DNA of 64,000 nt, taken from assembly GCF_001194135.2 (NCBI RefSeq), contig NC_068988.1, positions 52,042,026-52,106,025 on the forward strand, read 5' to 3'. The notes below the pieces were generated by a model. The model saw only the letters and a program-made list of their open reading frames with translations. It searched no databases and was not told the origin of the DNA. A program made the position numbers and the translations under genes. This stretch comes from Octopus bimaculoides (lineage: Eukaryota). This document shows positions 24,478-37,703 of the stretch, piece after piece; position 1 is the first letter of the stretch; every line of letters starts with the position of its first letter.

Positions 24478-25549
24478 TTTGACAGAGCAATCTGAATGCT
24501 AAAGGGTTCAACTCTGAAATTAAAGGGGGATAACTAAATACAAGACATTTGAAGCTGGAATATACATCATATATCCTGGGGAGCACAGTTCCCTTAATTT
24601 CTTTCTAGTCTTCACAGGTCACCTGTATTCAGGGCCCACATCTCTCCACCATGGAAGTTATTTTTTTATAAGGGTAAATGGTGCAAACAAGGTGAGGTAC
24701 TTTGTTACAGGCCCAAAAGAAAGTTATTAAAATTTGAACTCGCCACTACCTCTCTTCCTCTGACTCGGGTAACCATGTATTTCTTCTATAGAAACACACC
24801 TGTTTCTGTCCCTCTATCATAGATTAACTTCTTATCACCTGGTACAAAGTCACCTTCGTCAATACCATTCCCTCTCGCAGTTAAGAGATCTTTGTTGTGC
24901 AAGTTACTTAGTGACCTCGCTGGTACTGGTGCTTTGTAAAAACCATCCAGTACATGCTGCAAGGTAGCTGACATCAAGAAGGGCATCCCAGCCATAGACG
25001 CAATGCCAAAGGAGATAGTAGAGCTAGGTGCAGTCTTCTGGATTGCCAGTTTCTACCAAACCCAACCCATGCCAGCATGAAAAATGGACATTAAATGATG
25101 ATGATGATGATAACAACGACTATGTACTCAGTAATCCAGATATTATAATTCACAAAGCTGAACTGGCCAATCTTTAAAAAGAAACTGAGAAAGCTGAAGT
25201 TTATTAATTTAAAAAATTATTTTACTTTGAAAAACATGACACTACTTGTGATAAAACAAACTGTGATAACAGAAACTAATAACTAAAAATTCATTTTGTT
25301 TTTAGTCTTTTTTATATTTCTGAAATAGTACAAATAGTTTCATTATATGTGAAACAGAGAGAAACATTATGAAAGTCTATAATGAACACATGAACACTTT
25401 CACACTCGATTGAATTAATTCGACTTGGCATGTCAGGTCAGAAAGGTTGTCAGTCTGGCATTCCAATTCAAGTAACCTGCCAACCATTGTTCTATAATTT
25501 GACATAGCACAGAGTTTGTGTGGGAACACATTAACAAGAATTTAGCTAA

Positions 25550-26700
25550 GATCTATAATGCAGTGTGCTGGATTGATCCAGAACATTTTCAAGAAAATGA
25601 AAGAAAGACTTAACATTTTGTGTGATTAAATGAAATACATTAGTGTGTTTTTGATAAAATACCCACCATTGGCATATGTGATTGATAAAATATCCCTCGT
25701 TGGCATGTAGTGGATAAGGACCAATGTTTCTATGAGAATAAAAGCTCTGAATTTTCATGAGTCTAACGTGGCTGTAAACTGGGGAAAGGACTTAGTTTAA
25801 AATTTCGAGTATGATGTCAGATCAAAATATAGTTATACAACAAAGTTGTATAGGAGCTCCTTCCCAACTGTCAGCATACATAATACTTCTTTTGATCAGG
25901 GAGAAAGCCAATTTTCATATTACAGATGTGCATTCATTTGATGTGATCCAAGTATATCAGAAATATACTTTTTTTTTTAAGAAGAAACCTTATGGAGCCT
26001 CCAAGAATATTAAGAGGGAAAGAAATGATATTCTCAAACTGGAGGTCTGGCACAATTGTTTGCAACAAAGTGAACACCACTAAAAGCACCAAAGGTGCCA
26101 TCAGATGGGGGTGTTGAACAAGGAAACAGGTTGTGTTTATAAGAATTGAACAGCTTACAGAATGGCTGGTGTTTATGATTCATTTGAGCTGAAAAACCTA
26201 CTTCCCAGACCATGAACTATTTCTGCCTTTCTTCACAGTGCTCTGCAGACAGCTGAGATTCTATTTCTCATAAGGATGTTTCACACACATTTTGTAAATC
26301 CAAACCAGCAAAACTCGGATTAGGCCATTCACCCCACAAGAATCCACTCTGTAAGGGCCAATCTATTTGAGCCCTGATGAATTCAAAGCATGCTTTACAG
26401 TTCTCCCCAGATATTATTGGCACTCTGCTTATGATGCACCCCAATTAATCCAGATCACTTGGTTCATTTGCAGACAGTTCTCATTGATTGCTTTACTACT
26501 GTGCAAGTCTTCATTCTACTTGATATCAACTGCAGACATTCGGCATTTGACTTCTAACATTCTGTGAATAAATGTCTCTGCTGTTGAGGATGTTTTTAAT
26601 GGTTTAACACATCAAGGACAATCATGATGACAGTGTCTCTGTAGGTGATACAGCTTTCACATAAGCAGTATGACAACACCTGAGACACAAAGTAATGCTC
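25550..26700 (-). pseudogene. Highly decayed Tc1-like transposase
   Basis: Fragments VPIISGENCKACFEFIRAQIDWPLQ and TVKKG..MVWE resemble Tc1 KP.LS..N..ARL.FA..H.DW and TVKHGGG.VMVWG. Confidence 0.5.
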
Positions 26701-27321
26701 TGTAATAAACAGTGTTCTTGTGTAGCAGAAAAATGTGAACCTGCTTCCTAGATGATAAATAAACCCAGTCAGTTTCACATTTTGTGTTGCAACTAGTATA
26801 ATACTGTAACAATGCACGATGATTTCATCATGAATTTTAATTAAAGTTTGCAACTTTTTACTTGTGGTTCTAAATTAATGGAGTTTTGAAATTTAAAACC
26901 ATGGAAGACTTTTGAAAAAATTATTCAAATTAAATATTATCAAATAATTTTTTATAATTTGCTTTAAGCGCTGATAAATTTCTTCATATTATCGATATGT
27001 ATTAATTATATTATTTGAAAACTATAAAAAAATTCAAAAATCTACTTAATGGTTCTAAATTCATAGCAGCCAGTATGACTGTGTGTGTCTTTCAGCTTTT
27101 ATTTGTGTGGCCATGCTGAAGCACCTCCCTGAAGGTCAAACAAATCAACACCGGTACTTATTTTTCTTTAAGTTTGGTGCTTATTATAAAGGTTTATTTT
27201 ACTGAACCATTAAGTTACAGGGACATAAACAAACCAACACACACATATGTACATACAATGGGCTGCTTTCTGTTCCTATCTACCAAATCCATTCACAAGG
27301 CTATAGGAGACTCTTGCCCAG

Positions 27322-27413
27322 ATGTTGCACAGTAGAACTGAACCCCAGACCACATGATTGGGAAACCAGCTTCTCAACCACATGGCAACACGTGTGTGTG
27401 TGTGTGTGTGTGC

Positions 27414-27459
<46 letters not shown>

Positions 27460-27643
27460 ATATACTGTAACTAACTTGGGGCAGAATAGGGATTGCTCCT
27501 CCTATGTATCATGTTGCACAGTAGAACTGAACCCAAGACCACATGACTGGGAAACAAGCTTCTCAACCACACGGCAACACATGTGCAAACATATATACCA
27601 TAACTAACTTGGGGCAGAATAAGGGCTGGTCCTCTTATGTATC
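27322..27643. repeat. Local tandem duplication (189-nt and 133-nt units)
   Basis: atgttgcacagtagaactgaacc...ggggcagaata...tatgtatc occurs twice; the length difference is a TG/TA microsatellite. Confidence 0.9.
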
Positions 27644-29049
27644 ATATTCCAAGTGACCATGACAGATGATAAACTGTTGTTGCCAAATTAGGATGTTTTA
27701 CTGTTATAAAAACATACACCTTCATAAATATCACATTTATAAACCAATGAGGATGCCTCCATGTAGTCACTCAATCAACTAGAGATAACAGCTAAATTTT
27801 CCTTCAAATCACACATTATTGACTGAGACAAGAATGACACATGTAGGATAATGTGGTTTTGGATGCATTATGTATGAAAATAAAACTGGATGGTCATGGA
27901 TGGGATTCTTCGATCATAAGTCTGCCTCATCAGAGCTGACCAAGAAATAAACAACATCACATTTACTTTTTGGATAATTCATGAGTCACTAAGCCCTCAG
28001 TGGATAGACTGATAATATTCTATTACTGTCCAAATTAGCAAAGTATCATCCTTTCATTTGATATTTATAACAAGAAATAACTTCAAGAATATAAATATAG
28101 ATTAACAGCTTTTTTTCTTTTTTCCTATAAATATGAGCATGACTTGAGACAGGTATGTAGTTGTATATTTATACATTCATATGTATAGTGTCTCTTTCTC
28201 TTCTTAGCACTCTCTCTCTATTCCACTCTTTGTCTCTCTTTTTTTTCTTTTTTCTTTTTAAACCTTTCTTTGTCTAACTTCCTTCCATTGCTTGTCTGTC
28301 TTGCCTCCATGCAGACCAGTTCACTCCTCGAACAAAAATCAATACTAATGAAAAAATAAAAACTAAAAAACAAAAACACACTCTTGCTCTTGGAGGCAAA
28401 CATTTTGGCGGCTACAAATATGCTTTCACACGTTAATATTACACAAACCTTCCTAGCTGACAATACACATACATATTCAAAACATACAACTGCACATTCA
28501 AAAATTTATACACACATATCTTCAAACCCACACATATGTATATGTACACACACACACACACACACATTCAATTATTTGAAGCTTCAATCTGTTACTAATA
28601 AATAAACTATATAAACTATACAATTATTGAGTATTCTCTCATTTATACATATGAACATACACGTACACGCATATACGCATGTAGATAGAAGCACACATGC
28701 ACACATTCACAAACACATATATATATGCATGACAACGCCTATACTATTATAAGTGTACACACTTACGTTTATAGATGCTCACGACTTCTCAGGCATACAC
28801 TGATGTCATCACATACATGTCACTGTAACCACATACACATACTTACACACATACACATATATATACATATATAACATACACATGCATATACTTAAGTATG
28901 CATATAGGTACATGAACCATATGTACATACACTCACACACACACATACATGTATATAAATAACCATATGTACAAGCATTGTATAAAAATCTGTAGTTACA
29001 TCTCTTTTCTTTATGTAAAATTTACAGTATGGGTTAAAGTAGTACACAG

Positions 29050-29588
29050 CTTGTAATGACACACACTGAGCAACAGCAGCTGTAATCGTCGTGGTGTTGG
29101 TGGTAGTGTTGATGATGGTGGTGATGGTGGTGGTGGTGATGGAGTTAGGAAAGAATGGATACTGAAGTTGACGGGAGTGGATGTAGTAAAATTAGTAACA
29201 ACTATGATTACATAAGTAGTAGTAGTAGTAGTAGTTGTGGTGATGGTGGTGGTTGATTTAGTAGACGTAACAGAGGTAGTGTAACTCTGATGGTGGTAGT
29301 GCTGGTAAAAGTAGGATAAGTGCTAGTAGTTGCAGTGGTGGTGTTGAAAACAGTATAGTAGTTGCAACTAATAACAGTTGTGGTAGAAGTACTGTCAATG
29401 TTGATGGTGGTGGTGGTGGTGATGGTAGTGGTGAGGTTGTTAACAACAGTGGTTGGAAGGAGGGGTTGGACGTATTGGTATCATTGATACAATTGGCTGT
29501 ATCAGAGAAGCTCACTGACAATGGTAAATAGTAGTAGTAATATTAGTAGGAACAGTAACAGTAGTAGTGGTGGTAGTAGCAAGAGTAA

Positions 29589-29633
<45 letters not shown>

Positions 29634-29793
29634 CAGTAGTAGTAACAGGNNNNNNNNNNNNNNNNNNNNNNNNNACGTATTGGTATCATTGATACAATTG
29701 GCTGTATCAGAGAAGCTCACTGACAATGGTAAATAGTAGTAGTAATATTAGTAGGAACAGTAACAGTAGTAGTGGTGGTAGTAGCAAGAGTAA

Positions 29794-29838
<45 letters not shown>

Positions 29839-29870
29839 CAGTAGTAGTAACAGGTGCAGCAGTTACAGAG
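29050..29870. repeat. GGT/AGT low-complexity region, including an identical 180-bp block on both sides of a 25-N gap
   Basis: 29470-29649 equals 29675-29854. Confidence 0.9.
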
Positions 29871-30204
29871 TGGTTCAGGGAACAGTTCCAAGTGAGCTAT
29901 TTCATTCTCTATCTCTCTCACTCACACAAACACTTATTGCCTAGCACACACACACACACACACACACAGAGTTCTGTTTGTGGAGCAGTAGGAGCTGGTG
30001 CAGTTACTGCAGGAATATTACAAGGAATAGCACTCCACAACAACAACAACAACAACATAGCTCACAGTGCCAAAATAGCAGTAGCCTGTCAGTTTGTCTG
30101 TCTGTCTGTCTTGTCCATAAGACCAACACAGACTTACACACGGAACAAAAACAGACACATATATTTTACAGGCCATACGTACATACATGCACACACTATA
30201 GTCT

Positions 30205-30552
30205 CTACACAAGCAATGTTGGCAACGGCTTTTTGCCAGGCCATGCTTCCTTTGCATATTTCTTCTTCTTTGGTTCCTTGGCTGCCTCTTCGGGATTGAT
30301 AACAACTGGGTTTGCTTTCACTACTGGCACCACTGTTTCTTCTTCTTCAAGACTTGGTGCCAAGTTCGGAATTGGTAGGCCAAGTTTGGCTGCTATGCTG
30401 TAGGAACTTCCCATGCCGCTTTGGCCATCGCTGGTGCCACCTGGAGGAAGGTCACCATACAAACTGGGAGCATTGAATGGAAAATTAGCTGAGCGTTTTA
30501 CCGGTTCCACTCCCATATTTGAAGAACCTGTGCTGGATTCAACTTTGTTTCG
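30205..30552 (-). CDS. PPP1R8: NIPP1 coding exon 7 (last), C-terminal RNA/PP1-binding tail
   Basis: ttttcag|CGA, phase 0; ends EPKKKKYAKEAWPGKKPLPTLLV* (TAG 30205-30207), the diagnostic NIPP1 C-terminus. Confidence 0.97.
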   Translation of the reverse strand, partial: RNKVESSTGSSNMGVEPVKRSANFPFNAPSLYGDLPPGGTSDGQSGMGSSYSIAAKLGLPIPNLAPSLEEEETVVPVVKANPVVINPEEAAKEPKKKKYAKEAWPGKKPLPTLLV

Positions 30553-30859
30553 CTGAAAATATATTTATTGAAACTTAAATAAAAATAAAATAAAATATGG
30601 TTAAATAACAATTTCGACACTGACAACAGTACTGCCACAAAACTGACCTCAGTACATGACAGGTACTTATTTGATCAACACAGAAAGATGAAAGGTAAAG
30701 TTATCCCCAACTGGATTTGAACTCAGAATGTAAAAGGATGTAACAAAATACTGCAAAGTATTTATTCTGACACACGACCCCCAACTCATTGAAAAAACCA
30801 TTATCAAAACTTATTTTGATTTTCATTGTGTTTATCAATCTATCTTCTTCACCTACCAT

Positions 30860-31110
30860 TCCTAGGGTCGTGATGGCAGAGTCCTCCATAGGGTCCAATC
30901 AGAAACAACTCTCATTAGACTTTCTGGCAAGATTCCCAAGCGCGATCAATTGAAACTTTGAACATTATCTAACCATCTCCTTCTTAGTCTACCCTTAGGT
31001 CTTCTCCTGCCAGTTGGCTTGGCTTGAAAAACCCACTTTGTGATTTTTTTTTCCTGCAACATTCTAATCACATGTCTTTTGTACTGATATTTAGCCATTG
31101 CAAAATAGGG
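30860..31110 (-). mobile_element. RTE LINE C-terminal fragment
   Basis: HVIRM...FQAKPTGRRRPKGRLRRRWLDNV. Confidence 0.7.
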
Positions 31111-31432
31111 TCAGAGTGTTAGCCACTTGAAGGATTTTGTTTCTGCAAGGATTTGATTGATGGAACAGTTATCAATTATTCAGTACCTCTTTATGGTACT
31201 TACCATGGTGTTGATAGTACTAGTGACATATTCAGCAAGTACACAGGCAATATAATCACTTAAACACTAGTGACTCCTGTTAGCACCTAATGTTTGTAAA
31301 AGTAAGTCTTCACTAAAGATTTGTAATCCTAGCTTTAACAGCCACTTATTTTGTGCTGCAATAAATAAAACAATTCTGAAGATATAAAGGTGTTTAGGAA
31401 CTTGTAGAAGGGATAATGAAATAAGAAGTTGA

Positions 31433-31994
31433 GGCACAAGAGTGGCTGTGTGGTAAGTAGCTTGCTTACCAACCACATGGTTCTAGGTTCAGTCCCACTG
31501 CGTGGCACCTTGGGCAAGTGCCTTTTACTATAGCCTTGGACAGACCAAAGCCTTATGAGTGGATTTGGTAGACGGAAATGAAAGAAGCCCGTCATATATA
31601 TGTGTATATATATATATATNNNNNNNNNNNNNNNNNNNNNNNNNNNNNNNNNNNNNNNNNNNNNNNNNNNNNNNNNNNNNNNNNNNNNNNNNNNNNNNNN
31701 NNNNNNNNNNNNNNNNNNNNNNNNNNNNNNNNNNNNNNNNNNNNNNNNNNNNNATATATGTATGGGTGTGTATATGTTTGTGTGTCTGTGTTTGTCCCCC
31801 CAACATAGCTTGACAACCGATGTTGGTGTGTTTATGTCCACATAACTTAGTGGTTCGGCAAAAGAGTCCGATAGAATAAGTACTAGGCTTACAAAGAATA
31901 AGTCCTAGGGTCGATTTGCTCGACTGAAGGCGGTGCTCCAGCATGGCCGCAGTCAAATGACTGAAACAAGTAAAAGAGAGTAAAGAGTAAAAGA
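31433..31994 (+). mobile_element. tRNA-headed SINE, family A, with internal TA/TG microsatellite
   Basis: gagtggctgtgtggtaag head, ggttctaggttcagtcc B box, tail ggcggtgctccagcatggccgcagtcaaatgactgaaac. Confidence 0.9.
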
Positions 31995-32745
31995 CTATGT
32001 TGATGCTTTTCCACACAGCTTCTACTGATTCATTTCTAACTCTCTCCCTCCTAAATGTGAGTAGCCATGTAGCTCCCCTAAAACAAGAACCTTCTCTGCC
32101 CCACTCCCTTTTTTTTATACCTTAACCCTCATCTGCTAGCATAAAGCCCCTTCCCACAGATTTCATAGGCTTCCAAGCTGCATGGTGACATTACTAGTGC
32201 TGGTGTTATGAGAAAAGCACCCAGTACAAACTGTCAAATGGTTGGTGTTAGGAAGAGCATCCAGCCATAAAAACCATGCCAAAGTAGACACTGGAACGTG
32301 ATGTGGTCCTTGCACCCATCAGAATCTGTTGAACTGCCCAACCCATACCAGCATGGAACATGAATGCTAAATGATAATAATGATGATGATGATGACAATC
32401 AAACATAATAGTTGCCACTAGGAGTCAAAAGCAGGTAACAGATTTAATTGTCAATTTCTTATATGCTCAACAATATTCAGTGTATAGACATATCATTTAA
32501 TTAAAAGGCCAAACAATAACTTTAAAAAAATAAATAAATAAATAAAAATTGAACAAAAATGTGGAGTGACAATGAGATAAAGTTACATTCTACCACCATA
32601 TAAAAGGTCAGTCAAATTTAGTGGCAAAACAGGTGACATTTACAGCTAATTTAAAACCCTCATGCTAGGCCTTCTGATCTCTCATGGCAACCACTCTACA
32701 TAACATTGTCAAAATCACATCACATAGTCTAGGATTCCTCTTTAA

Positions 32746-33229
32746 CCCTTTAGCATTCAGATTATTCTGTCAAATGTAATGCTTATTCATTTACATTGTT
32801 TTGGATTAATCATGCTTTATTATGTCACTTCAAGACTTTGTTGTTTATTTTTAGAATAATACTGTAGGGTAGATGTGAGAGGCCAGATCAGGCCACTTTG
32901 AACATAAAACATGTAGAATTATTTGGTCAGATAAATAAAAATAAATGCGCCCTTTTAAAGCCTAGCCAGGCTTATGGGCCCGGTTTCCCAGTTTCAATGG
33001 CGTATGTGTTCCCCAGTTGGACGGGATGCCACTTCATCGCAGTGTTACTCATTTCTGCCAGCTGAGTGGACTGGAGCAATGTGAAATGAACTGTTTTGCT
33101 CAAGAACACAACGCGTTGCCCGGTCCAGGAATTGAAACCACAATCTTACGATCATGGTGCTGACACCCTAACCACTAGGCCACACACCTCCACATTTGGT
33201 CAGGTATGGCTGGTTTAAATGTTAAAGGG
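32746..33229. mobile_element. piggyBac-like MITE (TTAA TSD) carrying a nested SINE at 32931-33193
   Basis: TTAA|CCCTTTAGCATT...AATGTTAAAGGG|TTAA; the SINE is flanked by a 10-bp TSD ATTTGGTCAG (32921-32930, 33194-33203). Confidence 0.85.
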
Positions 33230-33462
33230 TTAAAACTCAAAAATATTCTAACCCATATCAATTACTGCATATCTGCAAAGTTTAAGTAAAATCCATACAA
33301 TGGAGTATTACACACATATGAGACAATGCTGCTACCCCCAAATATCCTAGAGCTAGACTTCATCTAGATGATCGTCCAGCTGACTGGCACAAAACCAATC
33401 ACCAATATACTTCAACTAATAACCCAAGGTACACTTTGTAATTTTGAATATTTTAACATATA

Positions 33463-33709
33463 GGCGCAGGAGTGGCTGTGTGGTAAGTAGCTTGCTTACC
33501 AACCACATGGTTCTGGGTTCAGTCCCACTGCATGGCATCATGGGCAAGTGTCTTCTAATATAGTCTCGGGTCGACCAAAGCCTTGTGAGTGGATTTGGTA
33601 GACGGAAACTGAAAGAAGCCCGTCGTATATATATATATATATATATATATATATNNNNNNNNNNNNNNNNNNNNNNNNNNNNNNNNNNNNNNNNNNNNNN
33701 NNNNNNNCG

Positions 33710-33780
<71 letters not shown>

Positions 33781-33983
33781 TTGTGTGTCTGTGTTTGTCC
33801 CCCCAACATCGCTTGACAACCGATGCTGGTGTGTTTACGTCCCCGTAACTTAGCGGTTCGGCAAAAGAGACTGATAGAATAAGTACTAGGCTTCCAAAGA
33901 ATAAGTCCTGGGGTCGATTTGCTCAGCTAAAGGCGGTGCTCCAGCATAGCCGCAGTCAAATAACTGAAACAAGTAAAAGAGTA
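33463..33983 (+). mobile_element. SINE family A
   Basis: Full head, body and tail; N gap inside the internal (TA)n. Confidence 0.9.
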
Positions 33984-34200
33984 TACAAAACTGACCTCAC
34001 CTATGCCAGTGCCACATAAAAAGCATTCAGACGCTGAAGCCTGGGGTAGTCTTCTACCTGGCCAGCTCCTATCAACCGTCCTACCCATGCATGCATGGTA
34101 GATGGATATTAAACAATGACGATGATGAAAGCTAATCAGCAGAACAAGACTAATAGGAGATTTAAACAACCAAAAGAAATGTGAATAGTCAAGTACTAAC

Positions 34201-34265
34201 CTTGCTAGGAATAATAGTTGTCTGCACAAGATTCCGGAATTTACCAATACTTGGGTCAATATCCT
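34201..34265 (-). CDS. PPP1R8: NIPP1 coding exon 6 (E-DIDPSIGKFRNLVQTTIIPSK)
   Basis: ttttgtag|AG...AAG|gttagt; 65 nt; matches human EDVDPSVGRFRNMVQTAVVP as recalled. Absent from the ORF track. Confidence 0.95.
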
Positions 34266-36930
34266 CTACAAAAGAGAAAATAAAAAAATATATATATTTT
34301 CAAATAAGGGAGAGTGGGGACACAAAACTCCCTTGTTTGAAAATATAAGGATGTAGATTGTGTGTTGATAGCCAGCTGGAGACAATGTTTCTTGGGGCTA
34401 AAGAGAGTAACATTCATCCTAACTAGAACTGCCACATTATGTTGGCAAATAATCTTTACTCTAGAATACTGTTACTGAATGTTTCTCGTTCAGAGATTTA
34501 GAAATAATAATTTATATATATCTATATATCTATATATAGATATANNNNNNNNNNNNNNNNNNNNNNNNNNNNNNNNNNNNNNNNNNNNNNNNNNNNNNNN
34601 NNNNNNNNNNNNNNNNNNNNNNNNNNNNNNNNNNNNNNNNNNNNNNNNNNNNNNNNNNNNNNNNNNNNNNNNNNNATATATATATATATATAGGAAAATG
34701 AAAAATAATAATAAGGCAGAATGCTAAACTGGAAGCATATTTTAATAAAGATTTCTAACCGGCTTTCATTGCATAGCAAATTTTCAAGAAGAGGGAGAAT
34801 GAAAATGTTTTTTTACAAAGAAGTACAAAATGAAGAAAATAATATATAAAAAAATAAATATACCAATACATTATATTGTCTTTGAGCTTTTGAAGTTCAA
34901 TGGTAATTCATGTATATAATGGTTGGACAAATAAGGATGCATGAGAATTGAGAGTTGTGTTAGGTTTTAAAAAAAGGCTAAAAGTTTGTGTTAAGCAGGA
35001 AGTGTGGTGTCAAAACAGGAAGTGTGTGTAAGGGGAGACAAATGTTTTTAGTTGGAGTTATGTTCAGAGTTCAAATTCTGCTGAGGTTGATTTTGCCTTT
35101 CATCCTTTCAGGGTTGATAAAATAAGTTCCAGTTGAATACTGGGGTTGATGTGATTGACTATTCTACTCCCACAAAATTTCAAGTTTTGTGCCTACAGTA
35201 GGAAAAATTATCAATACCATTATTAATATTTTTTTTGTCATTAATCATGATTATTTTTTGGCATTATTAATATGTAAGAAACTTTGGTTAAATTGAGTGA
35301 GCTGGTGTGAAAAGGGCTAATGGTAGAGAGGATTATATTGTACTTGAATGGCACTAGTTTTACCAAAGTAGAAGGATGAAAAGTAAAGTTAACAGGATTT
35401 AAACCCAGTAATTGCTTTCCATCTTTTGGTGAGGCATGTAGCCTGGTGGTCAGGGTGTTGCACTCATGATTGCCAAATAATGGATTCAATTCCCAGACCT
35501 GGCAGTGCATTGTTTCTGGAACAAAACACATCATTGTATGTTGCTCTAGTGCAGTGTGGGGTCTGGCATGTCAAAGAATAGACCTAACAGTTCTTTTGCG
35601 TGTCATAAAAGGTGACAAAAGTAGGTTGAGGTAGAATTTGCATTCTCACCTCGTTAAACCCTCATCAGCAATAATTATCCAAACAGTCTCATGGGATGGA
35701 GGGTTGTCACTTGAGTGGTGCAAAGGTGTCATCTGTCAGGAGTAGGGAATCACCAACAAATGATGGATACAGTGGTGTGCTATTACAGCGAATGCCTCCA
35801 CCTGCAACTATTACTTTTGGTCAGGCGGGAAAGCAGGGACCATGACAGCCTCTCAGACTAGCAAGAGGGAGGGAGGCAACCAAATCTGAATGCTTGCAAC
35901 TGGGGATAAGGCTTAAATACTTGTAACAAAGTGGATGCTGCTAAAGACACCCAAAGTGCTAGGTGGTGATGTTAAGTAGGTCATGGCAGGATCTGAACTC
36001 AGAATACAAAGATTTGAGACAAATATCACATGGAATCCAGTTCAATGTTCTTAAAGCTCTGCCAATCCACCATCCTGCATTCGTAACTTTTTATTTTATC
36101 AACCCCAAAAGGATGGAAAATAAAGCTAACTTCAGTAGGCTTAAAACCTAAGCGCCCTAAGTGACAGAACAAATACAATGAAGTACTGAAGTGTAAATAA
36201 ATACTGCAACATATTTCATCTGACACTCTACTCATTCTACCATTTCATTGCCTCATTGTTTCTCATCCATATTGTTTTTGTCAAACAACATCATCTCTGT
36301 CATCTCTGATGATCCGTTTTCTCAGTTTTCTAATGATTTTACACTCACAAAAACGTTTTTGCTGTTACTTCTTTAACTTTGGCTCAACTCCATGTACCTC
36401 TGATTCTAGAGGGTTTCACCTTCTCAGTTAACTTAATAATGGCTTCAAATTTTTGACACAAGGCTAGCAATTTTAGGTTAGGGGGCAATCAGCTTGCCCC
36501 TAACCTAAAACAATTAGTAGAATGAGGAGAGAGTCTAATAAAATATGTTACAGTATTTATTCAGGTTCTTTTACATTTAAGTACCACAGGTTAGGAGGCA
36601 AGCCGGTTGCATTGACCAGCAGTATTTGAATGGTACTTTATTTTATTGACCTTGAAAGGATGACAGGCAAAGTGGACCCTGAAGGAATTTGAACTCAGAA
36701 CGTGAAGAGCTGGAAGAAATGATGCAAAGCATTTTGTCCAGTGTTCTAACAATTCTGTCAGTTCGTAAAAATACCAACATTCATATCTATTCATCACTAC
36801 AAATAATAGTATGATGAACAAGTAACAATTACAATGATGATGATGATGTGACAGTAATGATAATAATGATAATGATGACAATTACAATGATGATGATGAT
36901 GATCATCATCATCATCATCATAGAACTTAC

Positions 36931-37075
36931 CGGGATTGATTATTTCATCTTCATCTCTGAATAAAACATGACCACTTTTCCGCTTCCTTTTCAAAGGATT
37001 TGGTACTGAGTGGTCAGGTATGTCCACAAGTGATGCTATTCTCCGGTTGTGAGCTGTGTTGAATTCTGTTAAGTT
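36931..37075 (-). CDS. PPP1R8: NIPP1 coding exon 5, central PP1-binding region
   Basis: NLTEFNTAHNRRIASLVDIPDHSVPNPLKRKRKSGHVLFRDEDEIINP; gtcag| and G|gtaagt; 145 nt. Only partly present in the ORF track. Confidence 0.96.
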
Positions 37076-37703
37076 CTGACGAAATAAGAAAGGAAAAAGA
37101 AATAAATAAATACAAGGATCAAAATGCTAATAACAATAGTAACAATTCTATATTACATTTCAAAAATAATTTTGGAAAAACAGACAGCAAGCCACCATAG
37201 GAGTGTCTCCTTTTTCTACTTGACCTAAGAGAAACAGTAGCCAAATCTCCTTCAAATCACAACTTACAGTCTAAAATAAAAAAAGAACACATTTAATAAT
37301 CTTTTCTCTTATACTTGCCCCAATCATTGGATAGCAGTCATACTCGGGCACTATTTCGAAGGGTTTCATTGAATAAATTGACTAAACCTTTCAAGAGTTT
37401 AGTCCTATTTTTAAACCTGCTACTTATTCTATCACTCTCTTTTGCTGAACTGCTAGGTTACAAGAATGTAAACACACCAACACCAGTTGTCAAGTGGAGG
37501 TGAGGGACAAACACTGACACAGACACACACACACACATATAGACATACACAACAGGCTTCTTTCAGTTTCCATCAACCAAATCTACTCACAAGGCTTGGG
37601 TCAGCTTGAGGCTATTGTTGAAGACACTAACCCAAGGTGCCATGCAGTGGGATTGAGCTTGGAACTATGTATTTGGGAAGCAAACTTCTAACCATACAGC
37701 CAT

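Noticed and set aside
29258-29944. Ser/Thr/Pro/Leu-rich ORFs (also 58246-58524)
   Set aside because: Translations of trinucleotide low-complexity DNA; no splice context or domain.
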